Positions 40,001 through 51,900 of a stretch of 64,000 nt of DNA are shown here, piece after piece. The position numbers were made by a program, and so were the translations under genes. Position 1 is the first letter of the stretch. Each line of letters begins with the position of its first letter. The DNA lies in the NCBI RefSeq assembly GCF_009914755.1, contig NC_060944.1; one strand, given 5' to 3'. Under the pieces are notes generated by a model. It was given only the letters and a program-made list of their open reading frames with translations, did not search any database and was not told the DNA's origin. This stretch comes from the human T2T-CHM13v2.0 reference genome, Homo sapiens.

Positions 40001-43000
40001 CAGAAACTTCTCTGTGATGTTTGCATTCAAGTCACAGAGTTGAACATTCCCTTTCATAGAGCAGGTTTGAAACACTCTTTTTGTAGTATCTGGATGTGGA
40101 CATTTGGATCGCTTTCAGGCCTATGGTGAAAAAGGAAATATCTTCCCATGAAAACTAGACAGAAGCATTCTCAGAAACTTATTTGTGATGTGTGCCCTCA
40201 ACTGACAGTGTTGAACCTTTGTTTTGATAGAGCAGTTCTGAAACACACTTTTTGTAAAATCTGCAAGAGGATATTTGGATAGCTTTGAGGATTTCGTTGG
40301 AAACGGGAATGTCTTCATGTAAACTCTAGACAGAAGCATTCTCAGAAACTGCCTTGGGATGTTTCAATTGAAGTCCCAGTGTTGAACATTCCCATTCATA
40401 GAGCAGGTTTGAAACACACTTTTTGTACTATCTGGAAGTGGACATTTGGAGCGCTTTCAGGTCTACGGTGAAAAAGGAGATATCTTCCAATAAAAACTAG
40501 ATAGAAGCAATGTCAGAACTTTTTTCATGATGTATCTACTCAGCAAACAGAGTTGAACCTTTCTTTTGAGAGAGCAGTTTTGAAACACTCTTTTTGTGGA
40601 ATATGCAAGTGGGTATTAGGCCAGCTTGGAGGATTTCGTTGGAAACGGGAATACGTATAAAAAGCAGACAGCAGCATTGTCAGAAACTACGTTGTGATGT
40701 TTGCATTCAAGTCACAGAATTGAACACTCCCTTTCACAGAGCAGGTTTGAAACACTCTTTTTGTAGTGTCTGTAAGTGAACATTTGGATTGCTTTCAGGC
40801 CTAAGGTGAAAAAGGAAATATCTTCCCATAAAAACTAGACAGAAGCATTCTCAGAAACTTGTTTGTGATGTGTGCCCTCTACTGACAGAGTTGAACCTTT
40901 CTTTGCAAACAGCAGTTTTGAAACACTCTTTTTGTAGAATCTGCAAGAGGATATTTGGATAGCTTTGAGGATTTCTTGGGAAACGGGAATGTCTTCAGAT
41001 AAACTCTAGACAGAAGCATTCTCAGAAACTTCTTTGGGATGTTTCAATTGAAGTCACAGTGTTGAACATTCCCTTTCACAGAGCAGGTTTGAAACACTCT
41101 TTTTGTAGTGTCTATAAGTGAACATTTGGCGTGCTTTCAGGCCTAACGTGAAAAAGGAAATATCTTCCCATAAAAACTAGACAGAAGCATTCTCAGAAAC
41201 TTGTTCGTGATGTGTGCCCTCTAACTGACAGAGTTGAACCTTTCTTTGCAAAGAGCAGCTTTGAAACACTCTTTTTGTAGAATCTGCAAGAGGATATTTG
41301 GATAGCTTTGAGGATTTCGTTGGAAACGGGTATGTCTTCAGATAAACTCTAGACAGAAGCATTCTCAGAAACTTCTTTGGGATGTTGCATTCAAGTCACA
41401 GAGTAGAACATTCCCATTCATAGAGCAGATTTGAAACACTCTTTTTGTAGTATCTGGAAGTGGACATTTGGAGCGCTTTCAGGCCTATGTTGAAAAAGGA
41501 AATATCTTCCCATAAAAACTAGACGGAAGCATTCTCAGAAACTTACTTGTGATGTGTTTGCTCAACTAACAGAATTGAACCATCGTTTTGAAGGAGCAGT
41601 TTTGAAACACTGTTTTCGTGGAATCTGCAAGTGGATATTTGGCTAGCTTTGAGGATTTCGTTGGAAACGGGATTACATATAAAAAGGAGACAGCAGCATT
41701 CTCAGAAACTTCTTTGTGATGTCTGCATTCAATTCACAGAGTTGAGCATTCCCTTTCATAGAGCAGGTTGGAAACACTCTTTTTGTAGTATCTGGATGAG
41801 GACATTTGGAGCGCTTTCAGGCGTATGGTGAAAAAGGAAATATCTTCCCGTAAAAACTAGACAGAAGCATTCTCAGAAGTTTATTTGTGATGTGTGCCCT
41901 CAACTAACAGAGTTGAACCTTTCTTTTGATAGAGCAGTTTTGAAACACTCTTTTTGTAAAATCTGCAAGAGGATATTTGGATAGCTTTGAGGATTTCGTT
42001 GAAAACGGGAATGGCTTCATATAAACACTAGACAGGAGCATTCTCAGAAACTTCGTTGGGATGTTTCGATTGAAGTCCCAGTGTTGAACATTCCCTTTTA
42101 TAGAGCAGGTTGGAAACACTCTTTCTGCATTCCCTGGAAGTGGACATTTGGAGCGCTTTCAGGACGACGGTGAAAATTGAAATATCTTCCAAGAAAATCT
42201 AGATAGAAGCAATGTCAGAAACATTTATGTGATGGATCTACTCAGCTAACAGAGTTGAACCTTTCTTTTGAGAGAGCAGTTTTGCAACACTCTTTTTGTG
42301 GAATATGCAAGTGGATATTAGGGCAGCTTTGAGGATTTCGTTGGAAACGGGAATACATGTAAAAAGCAGACAGCAGCATTCTCAGAAACTTCTTTGTGAT
42401 GTTTGCATTGAAGTCACAGAGTTGAACATTCCCTTTGAGAGAGCAGGTTTGAAACACGCCTTTTGTCATATCTGGAAGTGTCCATTCGGAGCGCATTCAG
42501 GCTTGTGTTGAAAAAGGAAATATCCTCCCATAAAAACTAGACAGAAGCATTCTCAGAAACTTATCTGTGATGTATGTACTCAACTAACAGAACTAAACCA
42601 TCGTTTTGAAGGAGCAGTTTTGAAACACTCTTTTTGCGGAATCTGCAAGTGGATATTTGGCTAGCTGGGAGGATTTCGTTGGAAACGGGATTACATACAA
42701 AAAGCAGACAGCAGCATTCTCAGAAACTTCTTTGTGATGTTTGCATTCAAGTCACAGAGTTGAACATTCCCTTTCATAGAGCAGGTTTGAAACACTCTTT
42801 TTGTAGTATCTGGATGTGGACATTTGGATCGCTTTCAGGCCTATGGTGAAAAAGGAAATATCTTCCCATGAAAACTAGACAGAAGCATTCTCAGAAACTT
42901 ATTTGTGATGTGTGCCCTCAACTGACAGTGTTGAACCTTTGTTTTGATAGAGCAGTTCTGAAACACACTTTTTGTAAAATCTGCAAGAGGATATTTGGAT

Positions 43001-43565
43001 AGCTTTGAGGATTTCGTTGGAAACGGGAATGTCTTCATGTAAACTCTAGACAGAAGCATTCTCAGAAACTGCTTTGGGATGTTTCAATTGAAGTCCCAGT
43101 GTTGAACATTCTCTTTCATAGAGCAGGTTTGAAACACTCTTTTTGTACTATCTGGAAGTGGACATTTGGAGCGCTTTCAGGTCTACGGTGAAAAAGGAGA
43201 TATCTTCCAATAAAAACTAGATAGAAGCAATGTCAGAACTTTTTTCATGATGTATCTACTCAGCAAACAGAGTTGAACCTTTCTTTTGAGAGAGCAGTTT
43301 TGAAACACTCTTTTTGTGTAATATGCAAGTGGGTATTAGGCCAGCTTGGAGGATTTCGTTGGAAACGGGAATACGTATAAAAAGCAGACAGCAGCATTGT
43401 CAGAAACTACTTTGTGATGTTTGCATTCAAGTCACAGAATTGAACACTCCCTTTCACAGAGCAGGTTTGAAACACTCTTTTTGTAGTGTCTGTAAGTGAA
43501 CATTTGGATTGCTTTCAGGCCTAAGGTGAAAAAGGAAATATCTTCCCATAAAAACTAGACAGAAG
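19089..43565 (+). repeat. HOR copies 8-16, mixed 2719/2720 bp (starts 19089, 21809, 24528, 27247, 29967, 32686, 35406, 38126, 40846)
   Basis: Offsets of 2720 coincide with ctctAact (+A) in m3 of copies 8, 11, 13, 14, 15 and 16. Confidence 0.93.
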
Positions 43566-45942
43566 CATTCTCAGAAACTTGTTTGTGATGTGTGCCCTCT
43601 ACTGACAGAGTTGAACCTTTCTTTGCAAAGAGCAGTTTTGAAACACTCTTTTTGTAGAATCTGCAAGAGGATATTTGGATAGCTTTGAGGATTTCTTGGG
43701 AAACGGAAATGTTTTCAGATAAACTCTAGACAGAAGCATTCTCAGAAACTTCTTTGGGATGTTGCATTCAAGTCACAGAGTAGAACATTCCCATTCATAG
43801 AGCAGATTTGAAACACTCTTTTTGTAGTATCTGGAAGTGGACATTTGGAGCGCTTTCAGGCCTATGTTGAAAAAGGAAATATCTTCCCATAAAAACTAGA
43901 CGGAAGCATTCTCAGAAACTTACTTGTGATGTGTTTGCTCAACTACCAGAATTGAACCATCGTTTTGAAGGAGCAGTTTTGAAACACTGTTTTCGTGGAA
44001 TCTGCAAGTGGATATTTGGCTAGCTTTGAGGATTTCGTTGGAAACGGGATTACATATAAAAAGGAGACAGCAGCATTCTCAGAAACTTCTTTGTGATGTC
44101 TGCATTCAAGTCACAGAGTTGAGCATTCCCTTTCATAGAGCAGGTTGGAAACACTCTTTTTGTAGTATCTGGATGAGGTCATTTGGAGCGCTTTCAGGCG
44201 TATGGTGAAAAAGGAAATATCTTCCCGTAAAAACTAGACAGAAGCATTCTCAGAAATTTATTTGTGATGTGTGCCCTCAACTAACAGAGTTGAACCTTTC
44301 TTTTGATAGAGCAGTTTTGAAACACTCTTTTTGTAAAATCTGCAAGAGGATATTTGGATAGCTTTGAGGATTTCATTGCAAACGGGAATGGCTTCATATA
44401 AACTCTAGACAGAAGCATTCTCAGAAACTTCGTTGGGATGTTTCGATTGAAGTCCCAGTGTTGAACATTCCCTTTTATAGAGCAGGTTGGAAACACTCTT
44501 TCTGCATTCCCTGGAAGTGGACATTTGGAGCGCTTTCAGGACGACGGTGAAAATGGAAATATCTTCCAATAAAATCTAGATAGAAGCAACGTCAGAAACT
44601 TTTATGTGATGGATCTACTCAGCTAACAGAGTTGAACCTTTCTTTTGAGAGAGCAGTTTTGCAACACTCTTTTTGTGGAATATGCAAGTGGATATTAGGG
44701 CAGCTTTGAGGATTTCGTTGGAAACGGGAATACATGTAAAAAGCAGACAGCAGCATTCTCAGAAACTTCTTTGTGATGTTTGCATTGAAGTCACAGAGTT
44801 GAACATTCCCTTTGAGAGAGCAGGTTTGAAACACGCCTTTTGTCATATCTGGAAGTGTCCATTCGGAGCGCATTCAGGCTTGTGTTGAAAAAGGAAATAT
44901 CCTCCCATAAAAACTAGACAGAAGCATTCTCAGAAACTTATCTGTGATGTATGTACTCAACTAACAGAACTAAACCATCGTTTTGAAGGAGCAGTTTTGA
45001 AACACTCTTTTTGCGGAATCTGCAAGTGGATATTTGGCTAGCTGGGAGGATTTCGTTGGAAACGGGATTACATACAAAAAGCAGAGAGCAGCATTCTCAG
45101 AAACTTCTTTGTGATGTTTGCATTCAAGTCACAGAGTTGAACATTCCCTTTCATAGAGCAGGTTTGAAACACTCTTTTTGTAGTATCTGGATGTGGACAT
45201 TTGGATCGCTTTCAGGCCTATGGTGAAAAAGGAAATATCTTCCCATGAAAACTAGACAGAAGCATTCTCAGAAACTTATTTGTGATGTGTGCCCTCAACT
45301 GACAGTGTTGAACCTTTGTTTTGATAGAGCAGTTCTGAAACACACTTTTTGTAAAATCTGCAAGAGGATATTTGGATAGCTTTGAGGATTTCGTTGGAAA
45401 CGGGAATGTCTTCATGTAAACTCTACACAGAAGCATTCTCAGAAACTGCTTTGGGATGTTTCAATTGAAGTCCCAGTGTTGAACATTCCCATTCATAGAG
45501 CAGGTTTGAAACACTCTTTTTGTACTATCTGGAAGTGGACATTTGCAGCGCTTTCAGGTCTACGGTGAAAAAGGAAATATCTTCCCATAAAAACTAGACA
45601 GAAGCAATGTCAGAACTTTTTTCATGATGTATCTACTCAGCAAACAGAGTTGAACCTTTCTTTTGAGAGAGCAGTTTTGAAACACTCTTTTTGTGGAATA
45701 TGCAAGTGGGTATTAGGCCAGCTTGGAGGATTTCGTTGGAAACGGGAATACGTATAAAAAGCAGACAGCAGCATTGTCAGAAACTACTTTGTGATGTTTG
45801 CATTCAAGTCACAGAATTGAACACTCCCTTTCACAGAGCAGGTTTGAAACACTCTTTTTGTAGTGTCTATAAGTGAACATTTGGATTGCTTTCAGGCCTA
45901 AGATGAAAAAGGAAATATCTTCCCGTAAAAACTAGACAGAAG
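43566..45942 (+). repeat. HOR copy 17: 14-mer structural variant (2377 bp), m2-m3 dimer missing
   Basis: The ORF offset 41631 to 44008 is 2377 = 2719-342. m1 (ttcttggg box) is followed directly by m4 (gggatgttgcattcaagtcacagagtagaac). Confidence 0.95.
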
Positions 45943-48900
45943 CATTCTCAGAAATTTATTTGTGATGTGTGCCCTCAACTAACAGAGTTGAACCTTTCTT
46001 TTGATAGAGCAGTTTTGAAACACTCTTTTTGTAAAATCTGCAAGAGGATATTTGGATAGCTTTGAGGATTTCTTGGGAAACGGGAATGGCTTCAGATAAA
46101 CTCTAGACAGAAGCATTCTCAGAAACTTCTTTGGGATGTTTCAATTGAAGTCACAGTGTTGAACATTCCCTTTCACAGAGCAGGTTTGAAACACTCTTTT
46201 TGTAGTGTCTATAAGTGAACATTTGGCGTGCTTTCAGGCCTAACGTGAAAAAGGAAATATCTTCCCATAAAAACTAGACAGAAGCATTCTCAGAAACTTG
46301 TTCGTGATGTGTGTCCTCTAACTGACAGAGTTGAACCTTTCTTTGCAAAGAGCAGCTTTGAAACACTCTTTTTGTAGAATCTGCAAGAGGATATTTGGAT
46401 AGCTTTGAGGATTTCTTTGGAAACGGGTATGTCTTCAGATAAACTCTAGACAGAAGCATTCTCAGAAACTTCTTTGGGATGTTGCATTCAAGTCACAGAG
46501 TAGAACATTCCCATTCATAGAGCAGATTTGAAACACTCTTTTTGTAGTATCTGGAAGTGGACATTTGGAGCGCTTTCAGGCCTATGATGAAAAAGGAAAT
46601 ATGTTCCCATAAAAACTAGACGGAAGCATTCTCAGAAACTTACTTGTGATGTGTTTGCTCAACTAACAGAATTAAACCATCGTTTTGAAGGAGCAGTTTT
46701 GAAACACTGTTTTCGTGGAATCTGCACGTGGATATTTGACTAGCTTTGAGGATTTCGTTGGAAACGGGATTACATATAAAAAGGAGACAGCAGCATTCTC
46801 AGAAACTTCTTTGTGATGTCTGCATTCAAGTCACAGAGTTGAGCATTCCCTTTCATAGAGCAGGTTGGAAACACTCTTTTTGTAGTATCTGGATGAGGAC
46901 ATTTGGAGCGCTTTCAGGCCTATGGTGAAAAAGGAAATATCTTCCCGTAAAAACTAGACAGAAGCATTCTCAGAAATTTATTTGTGATGTGTGCCCTCAA
47001 CTAACAGAGTTGAACCTTTCTTTTGATAGAGCAGTTTTGAAACACTCTTTTTGTAAAATCTGCAAGAGGATATTTGGATAGCTTTGAGGATTTCGTTGCA
47101 AACGGGAATGGCTTCATATAAACTCTAGACAGAAGCATTCTCAGAAACTTCTTTGGGATGTTTCGATTGAAGTCCCAGTGTTGAACTTTCCCTTTTATAG
47201 AGCGGGTTGGAAACACTCTTTCTGCATTCCCTGGAAGTGGACATTTGGAGCGCTTTCAGGACGACGGTGAAAATGGAAATATCTTCCAATCAAATCTAGA
47301 TAGAAGCAACGTCAGAAACTTTTATGTGATGGATCTACTCAGCTAACAGAGTTGAACCTTTCTTTTGAGAGAGCAGTTTTGCAACACTCTTTTTGTGGAA
47401 TATGCAAGTGGATATTAGGGCAGCTTTGAGGATTTCGTTGGAAACGGGAATACATGTAAAAAGCAGACAGCAGCATTCTCAGAAACTTCTTTGTGATGTT
47501 TGCATTGAAGTCACAGAGTTGAACATTCCCTTTGAGAGAGCAGGTTTGAAACACGCCTTTTGTCATATCTGGAAGTGTCCATTCGGAGCGCATTCAGGCT
47601 TGTGTTGAAAAAGGAAATATCCTCCCATAAAAACTAGACAGAAGCATTCTCAGAAACTTATCTGTGATGTATGTACTCAACTAACAGAACTAAACCATCG
47701 TTTTGAAGGAGCAGTTTTGAAACACTCTTTTTGCGGAATCTGCAAGTGGATATTTGGCTAGCTGGGAGGATTTCGTTGGAAACGGGATTACATACAAAAA
47801 GCAGACAGCAGCATTCTCAGAAACTTCTTTGTGATGTTTGCATTCAAGTCACAGAGTTGAACATTCCCTTTCATAGAGCAGGTTTGAAACACTCTTTTTG
47901 TAGTATCTGGATGTGGACATTTGGATCGCTTTCAGGCCTATGGTGAAAAAGGAAATATCTTCCCATGAAAACTAGACAAAAGCATTCTCAGAAACTTATT
48001 TGTGATGTGTGCCCTCAACTGACAGTGTTGAACCTTTGTTTTGATAGAGCAGTTCTGAAACACACTTTTTGTAAAATCTGCAAGAGGATATTTGGATAGC
48101 TTTGAGGATTTCGTTGGAAACGGGAATGTCTTCATGTAAACTCTAGACAGAAGCATTCTCAGAAACTGCTTTGGGATGTTTCAATTGAAGTCCCAGTGTT
48201 GAACATTCCCATTCATAGAGCAGGTTTGAAACACTCTTTTTGTACTATCTGGAAGTGGACATTTGGAGCGCTTTCAGGTCTACGGTGAAAAAGGAGATAT
48301 CTTCCAATAAAAACTAGATAGAAGCAATGTCAGAACTTTTTTCATGATGTATCTACTCAGCAAACAGAGTTGAACCTTTCTTTTGAGAGAGCAGTTTTGA
48401 AACACTCTTTTTGTGGAATATGCAAGTGGGTATTAGGCCAGCTTGGAGGATTTCGTTGGAAACGGGAATACGTATAAAAAGCAGACAGCAGCATTGTCAG
48501 AAACTACTTTGTGATGTTTGCATTCAAGTCACAGAATTGAACACTCCCTTTCACAGAGCAGGTTTGAAACACTCTTTTTGTAGTGTCTGTAAGTGAACAT
48601 TTGGATTGCTTTCAGGCCTAAGGTGAAAAAGGAAATATCTTCCCATAAAAACTAGACAGAAGCATTCTCAGAAACTTGTTTGTGATGTGTGCCCTCTACT
48701 GACAGAGTTGAACCTTTCTTTGCAAAGAGCAGTTTTGAAACACTCTTTTTGTAGAATCTGCAAGAGGATATTTGGATAGCTTTGAGGATTTCTTGGGAAA
48801 CGGGAATGTCTTCAGATAAACTCTAGACAGAAGCATTCTCAGAAACTTCTTTGGGATGTTTCAATTGAAGTCACAGTGTTGAACATTCCCTTTCACAGAG

Positions 48901-51900
48901 CAGGTTTGAAACACTCTTTTTGTAGTGTCTATAAGTGAACATTTGGCGTGCTTTCAGGCCTAACGTGAAAAAGGAAATATCTTCCCATAAAAACTAGACA
49001 GAAGCATTCTCAGAAACTTGTTCGTGATGTGTGTCCTCTAACTGACAGAGTTGAACCTTTCTTTGCAAAGAGCAGCTTTGAAACACTCTTTTTGTAGAAT
49101 CTGCAAGAGGATATTTGGATAGCTTTGAGGATTTCTTTGGAAACGGGTATGTCTTCAGATAAACTCTAGACAGAAGCATTCTCAGAAACTTCTTTGGGAT
49201 GTTGCATTCAAGTCACAGAGTAGAACATTCCCATTCATAGAGCAGATTTGAAACACTCTTTTTGTAGTATCTGGAAGTGGACATTTGGAGCGCTTTCAGG
49301 CCTATGTTGAAAAAGGAAATATCTTCCCATAAAAACTAGACGGAAGCATTCTCAGAAACTTACTTGTGATGTGTTTGCTCAACTAGCAGAATTGAACCAT
49401 CGTTTTGAAGGAGCAGTTTTGAAACACTGTTTTCGTGGAATCTGCAAGTGGATATTTGGCTAGCTTTGAGGATTTCGTTGGAAACGGGATTACATATAAA
49501 AAGGAGACAGCAGCATTCTCAGAAACTTCTTTGTGATGTCTGCATTCAATTCACAGAGTTGAGCATTCCCTTTCATAGAGCAGGTTGGAAACACTCTTTT
49601 TGTAGTATCTGGATGAGGACATTTGGAGCGCTTTCAGGCGTATGGTGAAAAAGGAAATATCTTCCCGTAAAAACTAGACAGAAGCATTCTCAGAAATTTA
49701 TTTGTGATGTGTGCCCTCAACTAACAGAGTTGAACCTTTCTTTTGATAGAGCAGTTTTGAAACACTCTTTTTGTAAAATCTGCAAGAGGATATTTGGATA
49801 GCTTTGAGGATTTCGTTGCAAACGGGAATGGCTTCATATAAACTCTAGACAGAAGCATTCTCAGAAACTTCGTTGGGATGTTTCGATTGAAGTCCCAGTG
49901 TTGAACATTCCCTTTTATAGAGCAGGTTGGAAACACTCTTTCTGCATTCCCTGGAAGTGGACATTTGGAGCGCTTTCAGGACGACGGTGAAAATGGAAAT
50001 ATCTTCCAAGAAAATCTAGATAGAAGCAACGTCAGAAACTTTTATGTGATGGATCTACTCAGCTAACAGAGTTGAACCTTTCTTTTGAGAGAGCAGTTTT
50101 GCAACACTCTTTTTGTGGAATATGCAAGTGGATATTAGGGCAGCTTTGAGGATTTCGTTGGAAAAGGGAATACATGTAAAAAGCAGACAGCAGCATTCTC
50201 AGAAACTTCTTTGTGATGTTTGCATTGAAGTCACAGAGTTGAACATTCCCTTTGAGAGAGCAGGTTTGAAACACGCCTTTTGTCATATCTGGAAGTGTCC
50301 ATTCGGAGCGCATTCAGGCTTGTGTTGAAAAAGGAAATATCCTCCCATAAAAACTAGACAGAAGCATTCTCAGAAACTTATCTGTGATGTATGTACTCAA
50401 CTAACAGAACTAAACCATCGTTTTGAAGGAGCAGTTTTGAAACACTCTTTTTGCGGAATCTGCAAGTGGATATTTGGCTAGCTGGGAGGATTTCGTTGGA
50501 AACGGGATTATATACAAAAAGCAGACAGCAGCATTCTCAGAAACTTCTTTTTGATGTTTGCATTCAAGTCACAGAGTTGAACATTCCCTTTCATAGAGCA
50601 GGTTTGAAACACTCTTTTTGTAGTATCTGGATGTGGACATTTGGATCGCTTTCAGGCCTATGGTGAAAAAGGAAATATCTTCCCATGAAAACTAGACAGA
50701 AGCATTCTCAGAAACATATTTGTGATGTGTGCCCTCAACTGACAGTGTTGAACCTTTGTTTTGATAGAGCAGTTCTGAAACACACTTTTTGTAAAATCTG
50801 CAAGAGGATATTTGGATAGCTTTGAGGATTTCGTTGGAAACGGGAATGTCTTCATGTAAACTCTAGACAGAAGCATTCTCAGAAACTGCTTTGGGATGTT
50901 TCAATTGAAGTCCCAGTGTTGAACATTCCCATTCATAGAGCAGGTTTGAAACACTCTTTTTGTACTATCTGGAAGTGGACATTTGGAGCGCTTTCAGGTC
51001 TACGGTGAAAAAGGAGATATCTTCCAATAAAAACTAGATAGAAGCAATGTCAGAACTTTTTTCATGATGTATCTACTCAGCAAACAGAGTTGAACCTTTC
51101 TTTTGAGAGAGCAGTTTTGAAACACTCTTTTTGTGGAATATGCAAGTGGGTATTAGGCCAGCTTGGAGGATTTCGTTGGAAACGGGAATACGTATAAAAA
51201 GCAGACAGCAGCATTGTCAGAAACTACTTTGTGATGTTTGCATTCAAGTCACAGAATTGAACACTCCCTTTCACAGAGCAGGTTTGAAACACTCTTTTTG
51301 TAGTGTCTGTAAGTGAACATTTGGATTGCTTTCAGGCCTAAGGTGAAAAAGGAAATATCTTCCCATAAAAACTAGACAGAAGCATTCTCAGAAACTTGTT
51401 TGTGATGTGTGCCCTCTACTGACAGAGTTGAACCTTTCTTTGCAAAGAGCAGTTTTGAAACACTCTTTTTGTAGAATCTGCAAGAGGATATTTGGATAGC
51501 TTTGAGGATTTCTTGGGAAACGGGAATGTCTTCAGATAAACTCTAGACAGAAGCATTCTCAGAAACTTCTTTGGGATGTTTCAATTGAAGTCACAGTGTT
51601 GAACATTCCCTTTCACAGAGCAGGTTTGAAACACTCTTTTTGTAGTGTCTATAAGTGAACATTTGGCGTGCTTTCAGGCCTAACGTGAAAAAGGAAATAT
51701 CTTCCCATAAAAACTAGACAGAAGCATTCTCAGAAACTTGTTCGTGATGTGTGCCCTCTAACTGACAGAGTTGAACCTTTCTTTGCAAAGAGCAGCTTTG
51801 AAACACTCTTTTTGTAGAATCTGCAAGAGGATATTTGGATAGCTTTGAGGATTTCGTTGGAAACGGGTATGTCTTCAGATAAACTCTAGACAGAAGCATT

